Source: Chloropicon primus
Lineage: Eukaryota
Length of the DNA stretch: 64,000 nucleotides
Assembly: GCA_023205875.1 (NCBI GenBank)
Contig: CP060769.1
Span: 62,001-126,000 of the forward strand
Direction of reading: 5' to 3'
The stretch's first letter is position 1, and every line of letters starts with the position of its first letter. The notes beneath the pieces were generated by a model, which did no database searches, had not been told where the DNA came from, and was given only the letters and a program-made list of their open reading frames with translations. Shown one piece after another: positions 32,325 to 44,004 of this stretch. A program made the position numbers and the translations under genes.

Positions 32325-34790
32325 ATGGACCTGTTTTCAACGCGAAGCAGGAAGAGGCCCAAGGGGGTGAGCAAGAGTGGGAGGTCGCACACCATCGTGA
32401 TTGAGGATGGCGAGACCTCCACCAGCCCTCAGCGGAACTTGATATCGAGGGCCAAGTCCTTTTTGCAGAAGTTTGACCGCAAGTCCTCCCTCGCCGAGGA
32501 CATGAAGGCGCTCGAGAACCAAAAGTTCATGAGGAAGGTGTCGATGGACGACTCGCGATCGAGCCAGAGGGCCCTCCGCGTCAGTCCGAGGCGCCTGTTG
32601 TCCTCCGACAGGAGGATGCCAACGGACACGGTGAGGACAGCCGTTTCTGACTACACGGACGCGGGTTCGAGCTCGAGGTCGGTGCGAGGCGGCGTGAGCA
32701 AACTCGACTGGTGGTTCCCGGCGAAGGCCGCGTTTGGGAGGAAGAGGGACGTGGCAGTGGAGGAGCTGTTCAACAGGCTGACCAGGCCCTCGATGGCCTC
32801 CTCGGAGAAGCACTACGAGTCTCTGCTGATCAGGGATTCTGTCGACGTGGACAAGATTGAGACCAACCAAACAAAGTGGATCGACAGGGGCCAAGGGTAC
32901 TTTCACAAGCAGAGGAAAAAGAACAAGCAGGCCGCCCTGGTGGAGACGGGCATCCATGCCGGCAGGTCCCTTGTCCAGCTAGCGGGAATAAGGAACATGA
33001 CCTGGCACAGGCTGAGGCACGATGCTTTTTCTTCCCTCATATCCATGCATTTCTCGAGAATGATTCTCTTGGTCGTCGCTTTCTATCTGTTCGTCTGGTT
33101 CCTCTTTGGGTTCGTCTGGTGGTCGGCCTACACCATGGAGCCAGACTGCTTCATCAACACGGCTGGGTTTTTGGACGCCCTCGTGATGTCGATAAGCACT
33201 GCCAACACTATCGGGTACGGGGTGAGAGCGATCAGGGGCAACCTTGGGGGCGAAGCGAAATGCATGTACTCCATCGGGGTGCTCTCCGTGCAGAGGCTCG
33301 TTGTCATCATCATGGACGCCCTCCTTGTGGGCATTCTCTTCTCAAAGCTGAGTCAACCAAAGAAGAGAAGCAGGACGATCTTCATCAGCGATTCTGCCGT
33401 CGTTTGCCAGCGCGACGGCATCCTCAAGTTCCAGTTCAGGGTGGGAGACGCGAGGCAGACCACAATCATCAGGCCGATGATCCAGGCCTACATGCACACT
33501 TTCAACCCTTCCAGGCGAAGGAGGACGCTCGAGGGGGAGTTTATACCCAACAGGGTTGCGCCACTCAAGTTAGAAGTGATGGACGAGTCCCTCTTGCTCC
33601 CGATTCTAGTCTCCCACGTGATTGACGAGACCAGCCCGCTGTATGGAATGACAAAGGCAGAGATGGAGGAGCTCAAAACAGAAATCGTCGTCACCTTCGT
33701 TGCCGTCAACAGCGAGACTGGATCAGAGTTCTCCGCGAGGCAGTCTTACCTGTCGTCTGAAGTATTCTTTGGTTTTCAGTTCTGCAAGATCATCAAGACC
33801 ATGGTCTCCGACAGTCACAAGTTCCACGCCATCGACCTCGCCAAGTTCCACGACATTGAGCCCCAAAAGCTGTGGTCGAACGTGTTCATGACGCAGAACG
33901 AGATCAGCAAGGTCCTCATGAATTCGATAGGCAACTCGATGACTGTTCCTGTGCCAGTTTTGGGGGACAACACCCTTGTGATCAGCGGCGGGGCCTCCCT
34001 CATCACGAAGAACGGGCAGTTGAAGCTGTCCTTTAGGGTCGGTGACGTCTTCCCTCCGCTCGGGCAATTCCTGGAGGCCCAGGTCTTCGCCTACTATTAC
34101 CCTTGGAAGTTCCACCAGACCTCCGAGGGCACGACGCTAGACTACTCGTGCCAGGAACTCGCCTTGGGGACGGATGCGAATCCCGCCAGCAACAAACTGT
34201 TCTTGAGGATGCCCGTGCTTGTCGAGCACTCGATTGACATGAGCTCCCCTCTCGCGGGTTGGATGACAAGGGACGGTTTCATCGCAGACTCTGGGGGTGA
34301 GATTCTCGTCATCGTTTACGGAAAGAATCAGATGAACCAGTCCACCGAAAGGGTGCAGAGAACCTATCGGGTCGCCGATGGGCACATCAAGTGCGGGTAC
34401 ACGTTCGCCGAGATCGTCTCCCCCCCATCCGAGAACGCCGATGGCAAGCCCAAGGTGTCTTACGACAATTTTCATGACATGGAGAAGTGCGCCCCACCCG
34501 TCAATAAGAACGAGGCGGGCACTGGGTGGGTGTACAACTTCGAGCCCTTCATGGCTCGCGACGAGAGCGCGGATTTTATGCAGAGCGAGTTTGGTACTAC
34601 TTTCGACAACGAGCCCATCTCGGAGAGGGAAGCCACCAGAAAGTTCAAGAAGACTTTGGGCGCACCGGACAGCCCAAAATTCACCAAGCTTTCCGAGTAC
34701 TTCCCCGGGGCTCCTTTGCGTCAGAGCCAGGAAAGGAACGTCCGCCGAAGTCTGGAGGGGAGATTGAGCACGGACGCGGACACGGATTAA
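32325..34790 (+). CDS. Inward-rectifier K+ channel (Kir) with a duplicated cytoplasmic domain
   Basis: Two TM helices around the TIGYG filter, followed by two IRK_C-like domains. Confidence 0.9.
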   Translation: MDLFSTRSRKRPKGVSKSGRSHTIVIEDGETSTSPQRNLISRAKSFLQKFDRKSSLAEDMKALENQKFMRKVSMDDSRSSQRALRVSPRRLLSSDRRMPTDTVRTAVSDYTDAGSSSRSVRGGVSKLDWWFPAKAAFGRKRDVAVEELFNRLTRPSMASSEKHYESLLIRDSVDVDKIETNQTKWIDRGQGYFHKQRKKNKQAALVETGIHAGRSLVQLAGIRNMTWHRLRHDAFSSLISMHFSRMILLVVAFYLFVWFLFGFVWWSAYTMEPDCFINTAGFLDALVMSISTANTIGYGVRAIRGNLGGEAKCMYSIGVLSVQRLVVIIMDALLVGILFSKLSQPKKRSRTIFISDSAVVCQRDGILKFQFRVGDARQTTIIRPMIQAYMHTFNPSRRRRTLEGEFIPNRVAPLKLEVMDESLLLPILVSHVIDETSPLYGMTKAEMEELKTEIVVTFVAVNSETGSEFSARQSYLSSEVFFGFQFCKIIKTMVSDSHKFHAIDLAKFHDIEPQKLWSNVFMTQNEISKVLMNSIGNSMTVPVPVLGDNTLVISGGASLITKNGQLKLSFRVGDVFPPLGQFLEAQVFAYYYPWKFHQTSEGTTLDYSCQELALGTDANPASNKLFLRMPVLVEHSIDMSSPLAGWMTRDGFIADSGGEILVIVYGKNQMNQSTERVQRTYRVADGHIKCGYTFAEIVSPPSENADGKPKVSYDNFHDMEKCAPPVNKNEAGTGWVYNFEPFMARDESADFMQSEFGTTFDNEPISEREATRKFKKTLGAPDSPKFTKLSEYFPGAPLRQSQERNVRRSLEGRLSTDADTD

Positions 34791-34855
34791 GTTGATGAAA
34801 CAATACATACATGGAATGAGTGATGTACACATTTTACAATAAAAAAGCCCCCCCG

Positions 34856-35668
34856 TCACCGAACGTGCCTTCCTGTGGCGTCGGCTGCGTCCAGGATGTT
34901 CAACTTCTCGTCCAGCTTCTCCTGCAGCTGCATGGCTTGCTTGACGGCGCCCCGAAGAGCGGCAATGTCGTTGGACAGCGCCTGTATTCCCTGGACATCT
35001 TTCAAAGCCGTCTTCAAAGATTCCCTGTTGTTGTTCACCCCTTGAACCGCCAGCTTGGCCATGTAGCTCACATCCTCGATCTCGTCGTGCAAGCCGAGCT
35101 GCTGCCTGGTGACCAAGGTCGCTTGTCTCCCGTACCTTGTCGCGCGTTGAGACAAAAGGATAAAAGGGACGCGATCGGAGAGGTCGAGGTCAGCAAAAAG
35201 AAAGAAGAAGAAGAAGTGGAAGAAGAACGGTGATGCCTGAAACCTCTCTCACCATTTTGCCAACTCATTGAACGCCGCCTCAAGGGCCCACTGGACCCTC
35301 ACTCCCGCACTGCTTTCCTCCATGGCAGCCACGAAGTTGGGGACCTTGGTGGTGTGGATATCGTCCACGTCATCCATACCATCGTCCTCCTCTCCTTCCC
35401 GCCCGCCCGCGGGAGCCTCCCCCTCCTGCACCCTCTTCCTCAAGGGACTCCGCCTGACGTACTCTCCCAACTTCTCGAGGTCCTCCCTCTCCCAAGTCAA
35501 GACCGGCTTGCTTATTTTTATCTCCTTCACTTTCCTCAATATCGCACCCTCCGCGCTCTCCTGCCTCACCTCATCCGGTGACCTCGCCTCAGCCACCGTG
35601 ATGAACCCCTCACCTCCCTCCTCCTCCTCCTGCTGTCCTTCCTCCCCTTTGCTCGTCGTGTTCCCCAT
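34856..35668 (-). CDS. BORCS5/LOH12CR1-like coiled-coil protein with one intron (~35136-35252)
   Basis: MGNTTS myristoylation-like start, GT-AG intron and coiled-coil C-terminus. The family call is tentative. Confidence 0.5.
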
Positions 35669-36241
35669 CCCCTTCACGATTCACGATTCACGATTCACGT
35701 CACGAGAAAACGTTTCACGCACTCCACCCAGTCAACCTTGGTATCAAACGAAAGAGAAAGAGAAGCTCCTTCGATTGATCCACTTGTCTCTTCCCTCCTC
35801 CGCTCTCCCTCCTCCCTCCCTCGTCGCCTTTGTTGGCGCCTTGGCCTGAGTCTCGTTCTTTCCCGCCAAGGGATCATCCCACGAGGAGCGGAGGGAGAGG
35901 AGCGGAGCGGCGGTAGAGACGAGGACGAGAGAGAGCGACACGAAAGCGGAGAGCGCTCCGGAAGCGTCGGAGAACGTTTCTTCATCTCCAGGGTCTTTCC
36001 TTTTCATCCCTCACGCCAAGCTCCATCGCGACACAAACGAACGAAAGAACGAAAGGAAGAGCCAAAGGAAGGAAGGAGTTTGCCGAGGAGGAGAAGCAGG
36101 GTTGGCGCTTTGCTTTGCTCCGCGTTGGCCTCAGCATCGCTTGAGTGTCGCGGTGAGCGTTATCCGTAACGCCTTTGTGCAGGACGGACAGAGGGAGAGA
36201 GAGAGAGAGAGGGAGGAGGAGGAAGAAGAGAGAGAGAGTGG

Positions 36242-37573
36242 ATGGAGGAGAGCAGTTTTAGGACGGCGGAGGAGGGAGGAGGAGAGGGGAGCGAGGAGGA
36301 GGAGGTGTCGTCACTGGAGATCGAGTTCTCGGACGAGGACGTGATGGGCAGCGTGCCGTGTCGGGACGAGGACGACGGCGAGAGGGAGGGCGGGAGAGGG
36401 GCTTCCGTCTCGAGCAAGGAAGGACGAGGTGATGGGGACCAGAGCTCGAGGAGGGGTCTGGAGCGCAAGGTGGGGGGCAAGGGAAGCAGCTTGGAGCGTT
36501 ACGCGGCTTGGTACAGAGCGAACGAGCACTGGATCGCGCCCTTCGAGCAGGCCCTTCAGAGCGCAATCTGGTTCATCCCCGACGCCATGGGCAGCGAGGT
36601 GGGAACGGAGCTCTTGCACTCCTTCGCTTCCATGTGGACCGTGGGAAACGAGCAGGTGATGATGCTGACCGACGAGAACGCAGAGCTCGAAGAGCTGAGG
36701 AGCGTGGAGAAGCGCTTCCCGCAGTTTTTGCTGCCCCTCCTCGTGGCCACGGTCGAGCAGTTCGAGACGGTAGTGGAGGTTCTCCTCGTCCAGAGGCACC
36801 ACAGGATCCAGCGCGCGTTGGTCCAAAGCGGGGACTCTGCGAAGCAGCCGAACGAGGCGCAGACTCTGCCGCGGGACAGGTACAAGTGGCTCTGCGTGAT
36901 CGAAGCCTTCAAAGCGGTGATGCGTCTGGGGCAGTTGTACAAGGGCAAAGGCACGGGGTGCTTGCTGCTTGACGGAGGAGTGTCCGGGGTGGCAAAGGTG
37001 GTGGACGCCTCGAGCGCCATAAGCACGGCGGAGGTCAAGAGAATCGAAGCGTTTCAGGTCTTCAGGGCCAAGTACCTGGTCCACCCCAACGGCAACGCTT
37101 TTCAGGACCCGTCCGGCGGCGGAAAGTCCGTGCTGGACCCATCGAAGCAAACGGCAAAGTTCGAGCTGGACATCACGTCGGATGACGCCAAGCTGCTCAC
37201 GCTCGCGGAAATGATGCACGTCATGAGGCCGGTGGTGTACTGCTCGCTGTTGTGGAGAGACGGGGCCAGGTCGTGGAGGCCTTGGGTCACCTCCCTCGCG
37301 GTGGAGGTGGTCTCCGTCGCCATGACTCACCGGGTGGTGAGCAGGAGCTACAGCCTCAAGGGCAACCCCATGTGCCAGAGGGAGAAGGAGGCCCGGTGGG
37401 CCAGGCTTGTTTTGTACTTGGCGAGGTCGCCCTTCTACGATGGATTCACGAGGGGGAGGCTCGAGAGGGTGAGGGACTTGCTCAAGCCGGTGCCACTCAT
37501 CGGCATGGCGGCCACCGCAGGTTACAACCTCATCGACGAGATCCAAGGCTATTACACGTACACTTCCGGTTAG
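36242..37573 (+). CDS. PEX16: Peroxisome biogenesis protein Pex16
   Basis: IEAFKAVMRL, EMMHVMRPVVY, RSWRPW, YLARSPFYD, KPVPLIG and YYTYTSG motifs. Confidence 0.9.
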   Translation: MEESSFRTAEEGGGEGSEEEEVSSLEIEFSDEDVMGSVPCRDEDDGEREGGRGASVSSKEGRGDGDQSSRRGLERKVGGKGSSLERYAAWYRANEHWIAPFEQALQSAIWFIPDAMGSEVGTELLHSFASMWTVGNEQVMMLTDENAELEELRSVEKRFPQFLLPLLVATVEQFETVVEVLLVQRHHRIQRALVQSGDSAKQPNEAQTLPRDRYKWLCVIEAFKAVMRLGQLYKGKGTGCLLLDGGVSGVAKVVDASSAISTAEVKRIEAFQVFRAKYLVHPNGNAFQDPSGGGKSVLDPSKQTAKFELDITSDDAKLLTLAEMMHVMRPVVYCSLLWRDGARSWRPWVTSLAVEVVSVAMTHRVVSRSYSLKGNPMCQREKEARWARLVLYLARSPFYDGFTRGRLERVRDLLKPVPLIGMAATAGYNLIDEIQGYYTYTSG

Positions 37574-37991
37574 AGTGGGGGTCGTTCGTCCACGCGGCAA
37601 CGAATCGCGGGGAAGAGGCGGATCGCTCTCTCTCTCGACCAGACACACAAAAAATTCAATTCAGTTATTCACTTATTTAAGAAAGTTTTTGTTTTACCAC
37701 GAACGCTCTCCCTCTCAATCCTCCACCAATTCTCCTCAAGTGAGTGCTCCTTGGAAACCATAGGAGACCATGCATGCCTCTCCACAGGAGACAGACTCTT
37801 CTCCAGTACATCCATCACAGGCCACACCAGAGCAAGACTTCCTGCTGCTCATCCTGCTGCTAATGCTTCTGCTAATGCTCCTGTTGTTGTTGTTGTTGTT
37901 GTTGTTAATGATGTTGCCTCCCTTCCTCCCAGGACCCAAGGCTCCATCCCCTCCTCTCTGTCTCTCCTCCAGATTCGCGGTCATCCACAAA

Positions 37992-40490
37992 ATGCGAGGC
38001 GGGCGGACGACGAGGGGCAACCTGCTCCTCGGAGGGAGGTGGTCCAGTCAAGCAAGAGATGCCAACTCCTTGACCTCCGCACCATCACCATCACCATCAC
38101 TATCACCATCACTATCACTTGTCCTCCATGCGACCACGAGCTCGTCCAACGACCCAAACGAAACCTGGAACAACTCCAACAAGGTGTCGTCGTCGTCGTG
38201 GATCGAGCATGGGCAGCAGCAGTGGAGGGGTCTCGCGAAGAGAAGCGGGAGGAATGAACCGAAGTGGTGGGTCTCATCGGAAAGGTTTGTCACGTCAGGG
38301 GACGCTTGCTTCGTTCCATTCGCGCTCACGGGACTTCCACCCGTCAGACCACTCCATTCACGACGGCAGACTCCTTTGGGTGTGGGGGACCATGCAGCAG
38401 GGTTGAGGGAAGATCCGCGAGGTCTGGGCGGAGGTGGTGAGGTGAGGCGGTTGCTGCTGGAGAAGGAAGTGGTGCTGGGAGGGAAGGGGCGGTGGCTCAG
38501 CACGCAGCCCGCTCAAGCAGTGGGTGCTGCCGAGAGCAAGGGTGGTCCAGAACAGGAGCCTGCGGTGAGGAAGTTGAGTATTGGGTCGAAGAAGGGGGCC
38601 GAGGAAGACGAGAAGGAGGCAGCAAGTGCAGCGAAAGTGACGGCAGAGGATTGCTCCCTGTCGATCGAATCGTTGGACGAGGTGGAGGAGAAGGTGGCGA
38701 GGAAGAAACTGACGAAAAAGGTGTCCACTTTAAAGAGAGTCGCCGACATCGTTTTCTTTGTGGTCGACGGGGTGAAGTACGTGCTGAACGGCACGGTAGC
38801 CGTGGCGCAAGGGATCAAAACGATGTCGAGTTACTCGAAAGAGGAGTGGAGGGACAAGAGGAAGGAGTGGTTGTGCATCGGGAAAGACGTGCTGAAGCAC
38901 TATTGGGTGGGGACGAAGCTGCTTGCCACGGAGGTGAAGATTGCGAGCAAGTACGTCGGCAAGGCGGTCCGGGGAAAGGCTCTGAGCAGGAGGGAAAGGA
39001 GGCAGCTGACGAGAACGACTGCTGACATCTTTCGGATGGTTCCGATGCTGATCTTCGTTCTCATACCCTTCATGGAGCTCCTCCTTCCCGTCGCCCTGAC
39101 CATATTTCCGAACATGCTCCCCTCCACGTTCCAGGACAAGCTGAAGCAGGAGGAGAACCTGAAGAAGAAGTTGAGGCTCAAGCTCGAGGTGGCCTCCTTT
39201 TTGCAGGACACTGTCGACGAGATGGCCAGCAACATCAAGCAGAAGAAGAGCGGAAAGAAGGCTGCTAGCGCGGAGGCTCTGAGGGACTTCATTCAGAAAA
39301 TTCGCAACGGGGAGGTGGTCACGAACGACCAAATAAGCGAGTTTGCCAAGCTCTTCAACGACGAGTTCACTCTGGACAACATGTCCAGGATGCATCTGAT
39401 CAACATGTGCAAGTTCGCTGGGCTGACTCCGTTCGGCACGGATGTCATCCTCAGGGAGCAGCTTCGGAATCACCTGAGGGATATCAAGCACGATGACATC
39501 TTGATCAGGTCCGAGGGAATCGAGACCCTGTCTCCGGGTGAGCTCAGGGAAGCGTGCAGAGCCCGCGGAATGCGAGCGGCCTTCGGGGCGGAGAGCATGA
39601 CCTACATGCAGAGGCAGCTCAAGGAGTGGATCGACCTGAGCTTGAACAGGAACTTGCCTTCCAGTTTGCTTCTGCTCTCCAGGGCATTCATCTTCACGCA
39701 CAGCGCCTCGAGGCCCGCGCAGGTCATGAATGCCGTCAAGGAGACCATCGGAACCTTCGACGACGAGGTGGTTTCGGACATGCAGATCGCTCTGGAGGAA
39801 GAGAACAAGATCGAAGCGGAGAAGAAACTCGAGTACATCAAGCAGCAAGAGGAGCTCATCGCAGAGGAAGAAGAGCAGATGAAGGAGCACGAGGAGCTCG
39901 AGCTAAGCAAGATGGAGGAGGACTTGGCCGCGAAGAAATCCTTCCAGTTGAAGAAGGTGGCCTCGGCTTTGGCGGTCCTCGCTTCCGCCTCGACTGTGAG
40001 CGAGGAGAGGCAAGCCTTTGTCAAGGTCGTGGACAAGGGAATCAAGGCTTACCAGTCCAAATTGGCAGAGAAGGCTGGTGCTCAGCTCCTGTTCTCGGGT
40101 GGCAAGTTGATTGAGCACAGGCCTGCCGAGGAGCCCGAGGACCCAGACGAGAGTGCCGCCAGCTCTCTGAGCAACAAGGTCAGCAAGATGCTCAAGAGGC
40201 TGGACAAGGAGCTGGACTCTGTGGAGCAGAAAGTGAAGACTACGATGAAGGTCGTCGACAAGGACGACGACGGCCTGGTCACGAGGGACGAGCTCCTCGG
40301 AGCTCTCGGGTTTCTCAAGGAGGAGCTCGGGGAGGAGGCTCTGCAGAATTTGATAGAAAAGCTCGACACGGTGCAGCACTCGAGCCAGACCGACCATATT
40401 GACTTTGCGCATCTCTTGCAGAAGCTGGAGAGCAATGACGGAATGGACGAGGATTACGTCCCACCTTTCATGAGGCAAAAGGCCTCGTAA
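37992..40490 (+). CDS. LETM1: LETM1/Mdm38 mitochondrial inner-membrane protein with an EF-hand (start uncertain)
   Basis: HYWVGTKLL, LSRRERRQL.RT.ADIFR, FPNMLPSTF and DKDDDGLVT.DE motifs. Confidence 0.93.
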   Translation: MRGGRTTRGNLLLGGRWSSQARDANSLTSAPSPSPSLSPSLSLVLHATTSSSNDPNETWNNSNKVSSSSWIEHGQQQWRGLAKRSGRNEPKWWVSSERFVTSGDACFVPFALTGLPPVRPLHSRRQTPLGVGDHAAGLREDPRGLGGGGEVRRLLLEKEVVLGGKGRWLSTQPAQAVGAAESKGGPEQEPAVRKLSIGSKKGAEEDEKEAASAAKVTAEDCSLSIESLDEVEEKVARKKLTKKVSTLKRVADIVFFVVDGVKYVLNGTVAVAQGIKTMSSYSKEEWRDKRKEWLCIGKDVLKHYWVGTKLLATEVKIASKYVGKAVRGKALSRRERRQLTRTTADIFRMVPMLIFVLIPFMELLLPVALTIFPNMLPSTFQDKLKQEENLKKKLRLKLEVASFLQDTVDEMASNIKQKKSGKKAASAEALRDFIQKIRNGEVVTNDQISEFAKLFNDEFTLDNMSRMHLINMCKFAGLTPFGTDVILREQLRNHLRDIKHDDILIRSEGIETLSPGELREACRARGMRAAFGAESMTYMQRQLKEWIDLSLNRNLPSSLLLLSRAFIFTHSASRPAQVMNAVKETIGTFDDEVVSDMQIALEEENKIEAEKKLEYIKQQEELIAEEEEQMKEHEELELSKMEEDLAAKKSFQLKKVASALAVLASASTVSEERQAFVKVVDKGIKAYQSKLAEKAGAQLLFSGGKLIEHRPAEEPEDPDESAASSLSNKVSKMLKRLDKELDSVEQKVKTTMKVVDKDDDGLVTRDELLGALGFLKEELGEEALQNLIEKLDTVQHSSQTDHIDFAHLLQKLESNDGMDEDYVPPFMRQKAS

Positions 40491-40556
40491 AGGTTGTAAT
40501 ACATTTTTTTGGTTTAAGAATACGTCTGATTCGTTTGGCCTCCCATCCCCGTTCTC

Positions 40557-41327
40557 TTACTTGGACAGGAACAGGTGCTTCGTCAGCCTCGCAAGGACGG
40601 CGGTGGAGAGAAACACGGCGCTCGTGAACAGGACCATCTGGGGATCAACAGAGAAGGAGAAGTCCATCTTCTTGCTCATCCATCCCCGCGAGGAAGAGGG
40701 CGGCGGGCGGTTCAGGTCTTGACCGAAGGCTACCGCGTAGAGCCTCGCATCAATGGCCAAGTCTTCCGACTCGCTGAGACTTTGCAGCTCCTGCCCGAGT
40801 TTGTCCGCGCTCACGTAGTGAACCTTGATGTCCTCCCCCTCGTCGAGTTCCTGGGTTGGCACCTGATTCCGAGTGTCATCCATGTCCACCACGACCTCCA
40901 CAAGCTTCATGTTGGCGCTTGACATCCCGGGGTCGCTGAAGACAACCGGGGACTCTCTCGTCGCCTTCCCCACGAGCCCAGTCTCCTCCCTCAGTTCTCT
41001 CAACGCTGCTTCCGCTGGCGTCTCCCCGCTGTCCACCAGGCCAGCTGGCAGCTCCAGGACGTTACAATCCAGCGGAGGCCTGAACTGGCTCACGAGCACG
41101 ACCTGCTCACCGCCCTTCGATCCCTTGGAGACCAAACGAGCATACACTGCAACGGCATCTATCCCTGACGGTGGTCTCGTGCTCCGCTCTGCGCTCTCCC
41201 AATTCCGCTTGTTCCCTCTCCTGTCGACGTACGACAGGCGCTTCAGCCTCAGCCACCTGAAACCTTGCGGACTATAGTCCTCCCTCGTCACCACTCTCGC
41301 CCTTCCCTTCTTTCCTTGGTCTCCCAT
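40557..41327 (-). CDS. Nudix ADP-ribose/ADP-sugar pyrophosphatase with a C-terminal TM segment
   Basis: QFRPP..LELPAGLVD.GE....AALRELREETG Nudix box. Confidence 0.9.
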   Translation of the reverse strand: MGDQGKKGRARVVTREDYSPQGFRWLRLKRLSYVDRRGNKRNWESAERSTRPPSGIDAVAVYARLVSKGSKGGEQVVLVSQFRPPLDCNVLELPAGLVDSGETPAEAALRELREETGLVGKATRESPVVFSDPGMSSANMKLVEVVVDMDDTRNQVPTQELDEGEDIKVHYVSADKLGQELQSLSESEDLAIDARLYAVAFGQDLNRPPPSSSRGWMSKKMDFSFSVDPQMVLFTSAVFLSTAVLARLTKHLFLSK

Positions 41328-41814
41328 CACGAACACAAGCACCAGCAATCAATTCAATCAATCCAATCCATTCAAATCCATTCAATCTCTCTCTGACGCA
41401 CCAGAGCACCGTTTCTCTCGAGCGACGGTTCTTTCGAAAGAGAAAGACAAGATGCTTCTCCCTGTACCGTCTCTCGGACCTCTAACTCCCTCACCAGTCC
41501 TCAAACGCTCCCCTTCTCTCTCCCTCTCTCTCTCTCTTCTCTCTCTCTCTCTTTGGTTTTTTCAAACTGACTGCAGCGCGTGCCTGAGGGAGTGAGGGAA
41601 GTCGTCAGTCATCGAGGACGAGCGCGACGCGAGGGAGGAACGAGGTGTTGCGTGTTTCGTGACATCTGGAAATTGCGTCTCACAAGCTTTCGATTGACCG
41701 CTTCATCGACTGTTTTGACCCACGGAGTGGTCTGCGACGTCGAGAGGCATCCTTCGAACACGAGGAGTGAGTCATCGGCATCGGCAGAGAGTTGGTTGGT
41801 TCTTCTTCGACAAG

Positions 41815-42514
41815 ATGAAAGCGATGAGTTTGAAGAGGATGAGACCACCACCTTCATCTTCATCTTCATCTTCATCATTGTCGTCGTCGTCGTCGTCGTC
41901 GTCATCTCGTGGTGCTTTGTTTCAAAAGCAACAACTCACCACGAGATGGTGGAGATGTTCAGGGGATGCAGGAGGAAGGGGACAAGGGTTTGGTGGTTTG
42001 GATGGATCCCGTCGATGGGTTCGTCCCGGACAGTCGCTTCGTGCTCGTGAGAGGCTTCTAGTGAACGCGCAGCCTGCTCAAAAGTCTGCGGACAAGCTGG
42101 ATCAAACCAATGATTGGGTGCAAAAAGTTTTGGAGATTCCTGGGAAAGCGAGAGGATGTCACGTCATCACGAGCGAGATCGTCGCGCAGCTTCCCGAGTT
42201 GGCCAAGTTTCGAGTGGGAACGGCGAACTTCTTCGTCATGCACACCTCTTGCAGCCTGACAATCAACGAGAACGCGTCGCCTGATGTGCCACTGGACTTG
42301 AACGACGCCCTGGACCAACTCGTTCCCGAGTCCTCAAGCTACAGACATATCGACGAGGGCCTTGACGACATGCCAGCACATGTGAAGTCGAGCATGATGG
42401 GTTGTTCTCTCACAATTCCAATCAACTCGGGCAGGCTCTTGCTCGGCATTTGGCAAGGCATCTACTTGAACGGTACGTTTGCTCGCACGGCTTCGTGCCC
42501 CTCCTCCTCGCATA

Positions 42515-42546
<32 letters not shown>

Positions 42547-42643
42547 GCTGCTGCTGCTTCCAACTTGTTGGTTTGCAGAGCACAGGAATTACGGGGGCCC
42601 GAGGAAAGTTTGCGTGACCATCAACGGGCTGCGCCAAGAATAA
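41815..42643 (+). CDS. YjbQ/UPF0047 family protein with intron 42473-42578
   Basis: HTSCSLTINEN.SPDV, DDMPAHVKSS and LGIWQGIYLN/EHR motifs. Confidence 0.92.
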
Positions 42644-42676
42644 CAAAGGTGTAATAGACATGATGATATAGCAAGA

Positions 42677-44004
42677 TTACAATGCCCTTTGTTCCATGAG
42701 GGAAAGGGCGAGGGCTTCCTGGAGCAGCATCTCGTCTGTGACTGTGAGGCTGGCGCTGTTCGGAGTTGTCGGTGTTGGCGTGGCCGTTCGAGACGACATG
42801 TCGGACAAGCTGTGAAGAGTCAAAAATAGAGCGGCAAAGGGGGAGAAAAGAACGAGTCAGTCAGCGCTGGGGTGCTGAGAAACGCCGCGTATGGGGGCGA
42901 GACCAAAGACTTACCCTCCTGGGGAGCCCGGCGAGAGCGGGCCCAAGAGGTTGTGAAAGAAAATCATGACGCTCGTGTGGAAGAAGCTCGGCCTGGGCGA
43001 GTTGTGCCCGCCCTCGAACGAGATCAGGTTCTTATCCCCGGCATACGCAGCGTAAAGCTTCTCTGAGTGCTCAAATGCCACGAAGTCGTCCTCCTTGCCG
43101 TGGCCAAAGAGGGCCGGAATGAAGCTCGACTCGGCAGCCTTGAGAGGATCGCTCAAGTAGATGTCGAAGTTTGCTCTTTTCTTTATACTCCGCCGCAGGA
43201 ACCCGATCAAAGGCCTCGTCAAAAACCCTGTCAGGAGCTTGTGGCTCGTCGCGAGCTCTTCCATGAGAGCCACCAGGTTGCTGTTCGGAACAGAGAAACG
43301 CGGAGTCAGTAGTGGGCTCGGCAAACAGAGAGAAAGAAAAGCCTCCGCAGGGGGACCTACCTGAAAGGGCTATCCAGCACTATCCCCGCAATGCTTGGGT
43401 CCCTCTGACCGTAAAGCAAGCACACCACCGCTCCCATGCTCCGTCCCCACATCCCAATGTGAGAAGTGCTTCTCTCCCTCAGCCACTTTACCACGTCTTC
43501 CACGTCATCCACTTCGTTGACACCCAGAGTAACGTAGTCTCCGTCCGAGTTGCCGCTGCCTGCAAAGTCCAGCGCCATGACAGCGATGCCCTGGGGAACG
43601 AGCATCGCAACGACCTCGTTCGCGTCACACCTGCTTCCAGAGTTGCAGTGGCAGTACACCACGCAAGGAAGCTCTGCCGGGGTTCCCCTCATGGTGGGCT
43701 TGTAGTAGCTGCGCGCATCAAACGCAAAGACAGACGAGGCGGGGCAAGAAAGGAAACGTTTTCAAAGGTCAACTCCCACCCTTTTGACTTCAGGCTCCGA
43801 ACCCGTCTCGCCAACTTACCTGCACTTGAGCTTCTGTCCCCTCTTGTTCGTTATGGTGACGTCCTCCCGTTTGCCTCGGACCATGCCGACAGCGAACTTT
43901 CCCGAAGTCCCGCCCACGAGCTCGCACTCCGAGTACTCTGCCCTCGGCGGCCGTATCACGCAATCCTCCAGGGCACGCCACTGCTCTCGAAGACCCTTGA
44001 ACAT
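42677..44004 (-). CDS. Alpha/beta hydrolase (four exons) with a C-terminal UIM-like motif
   Basis: IRPPRAEY, YCHCNSGSR, WGRSMGA, HGKEDDFV, GGHNS and DEMLLQEALALSL motifs; GT-AG introns. Confidence 0.85.

Noticed and set aside
37770..37991. Poly-Leu N-terminal extension of the LETM1 ORF
   Set aside because: It derives from a (TTG)n microsatellite within a probable 5' intron or UTR (gtgagt at 37741, ccag near 37972).
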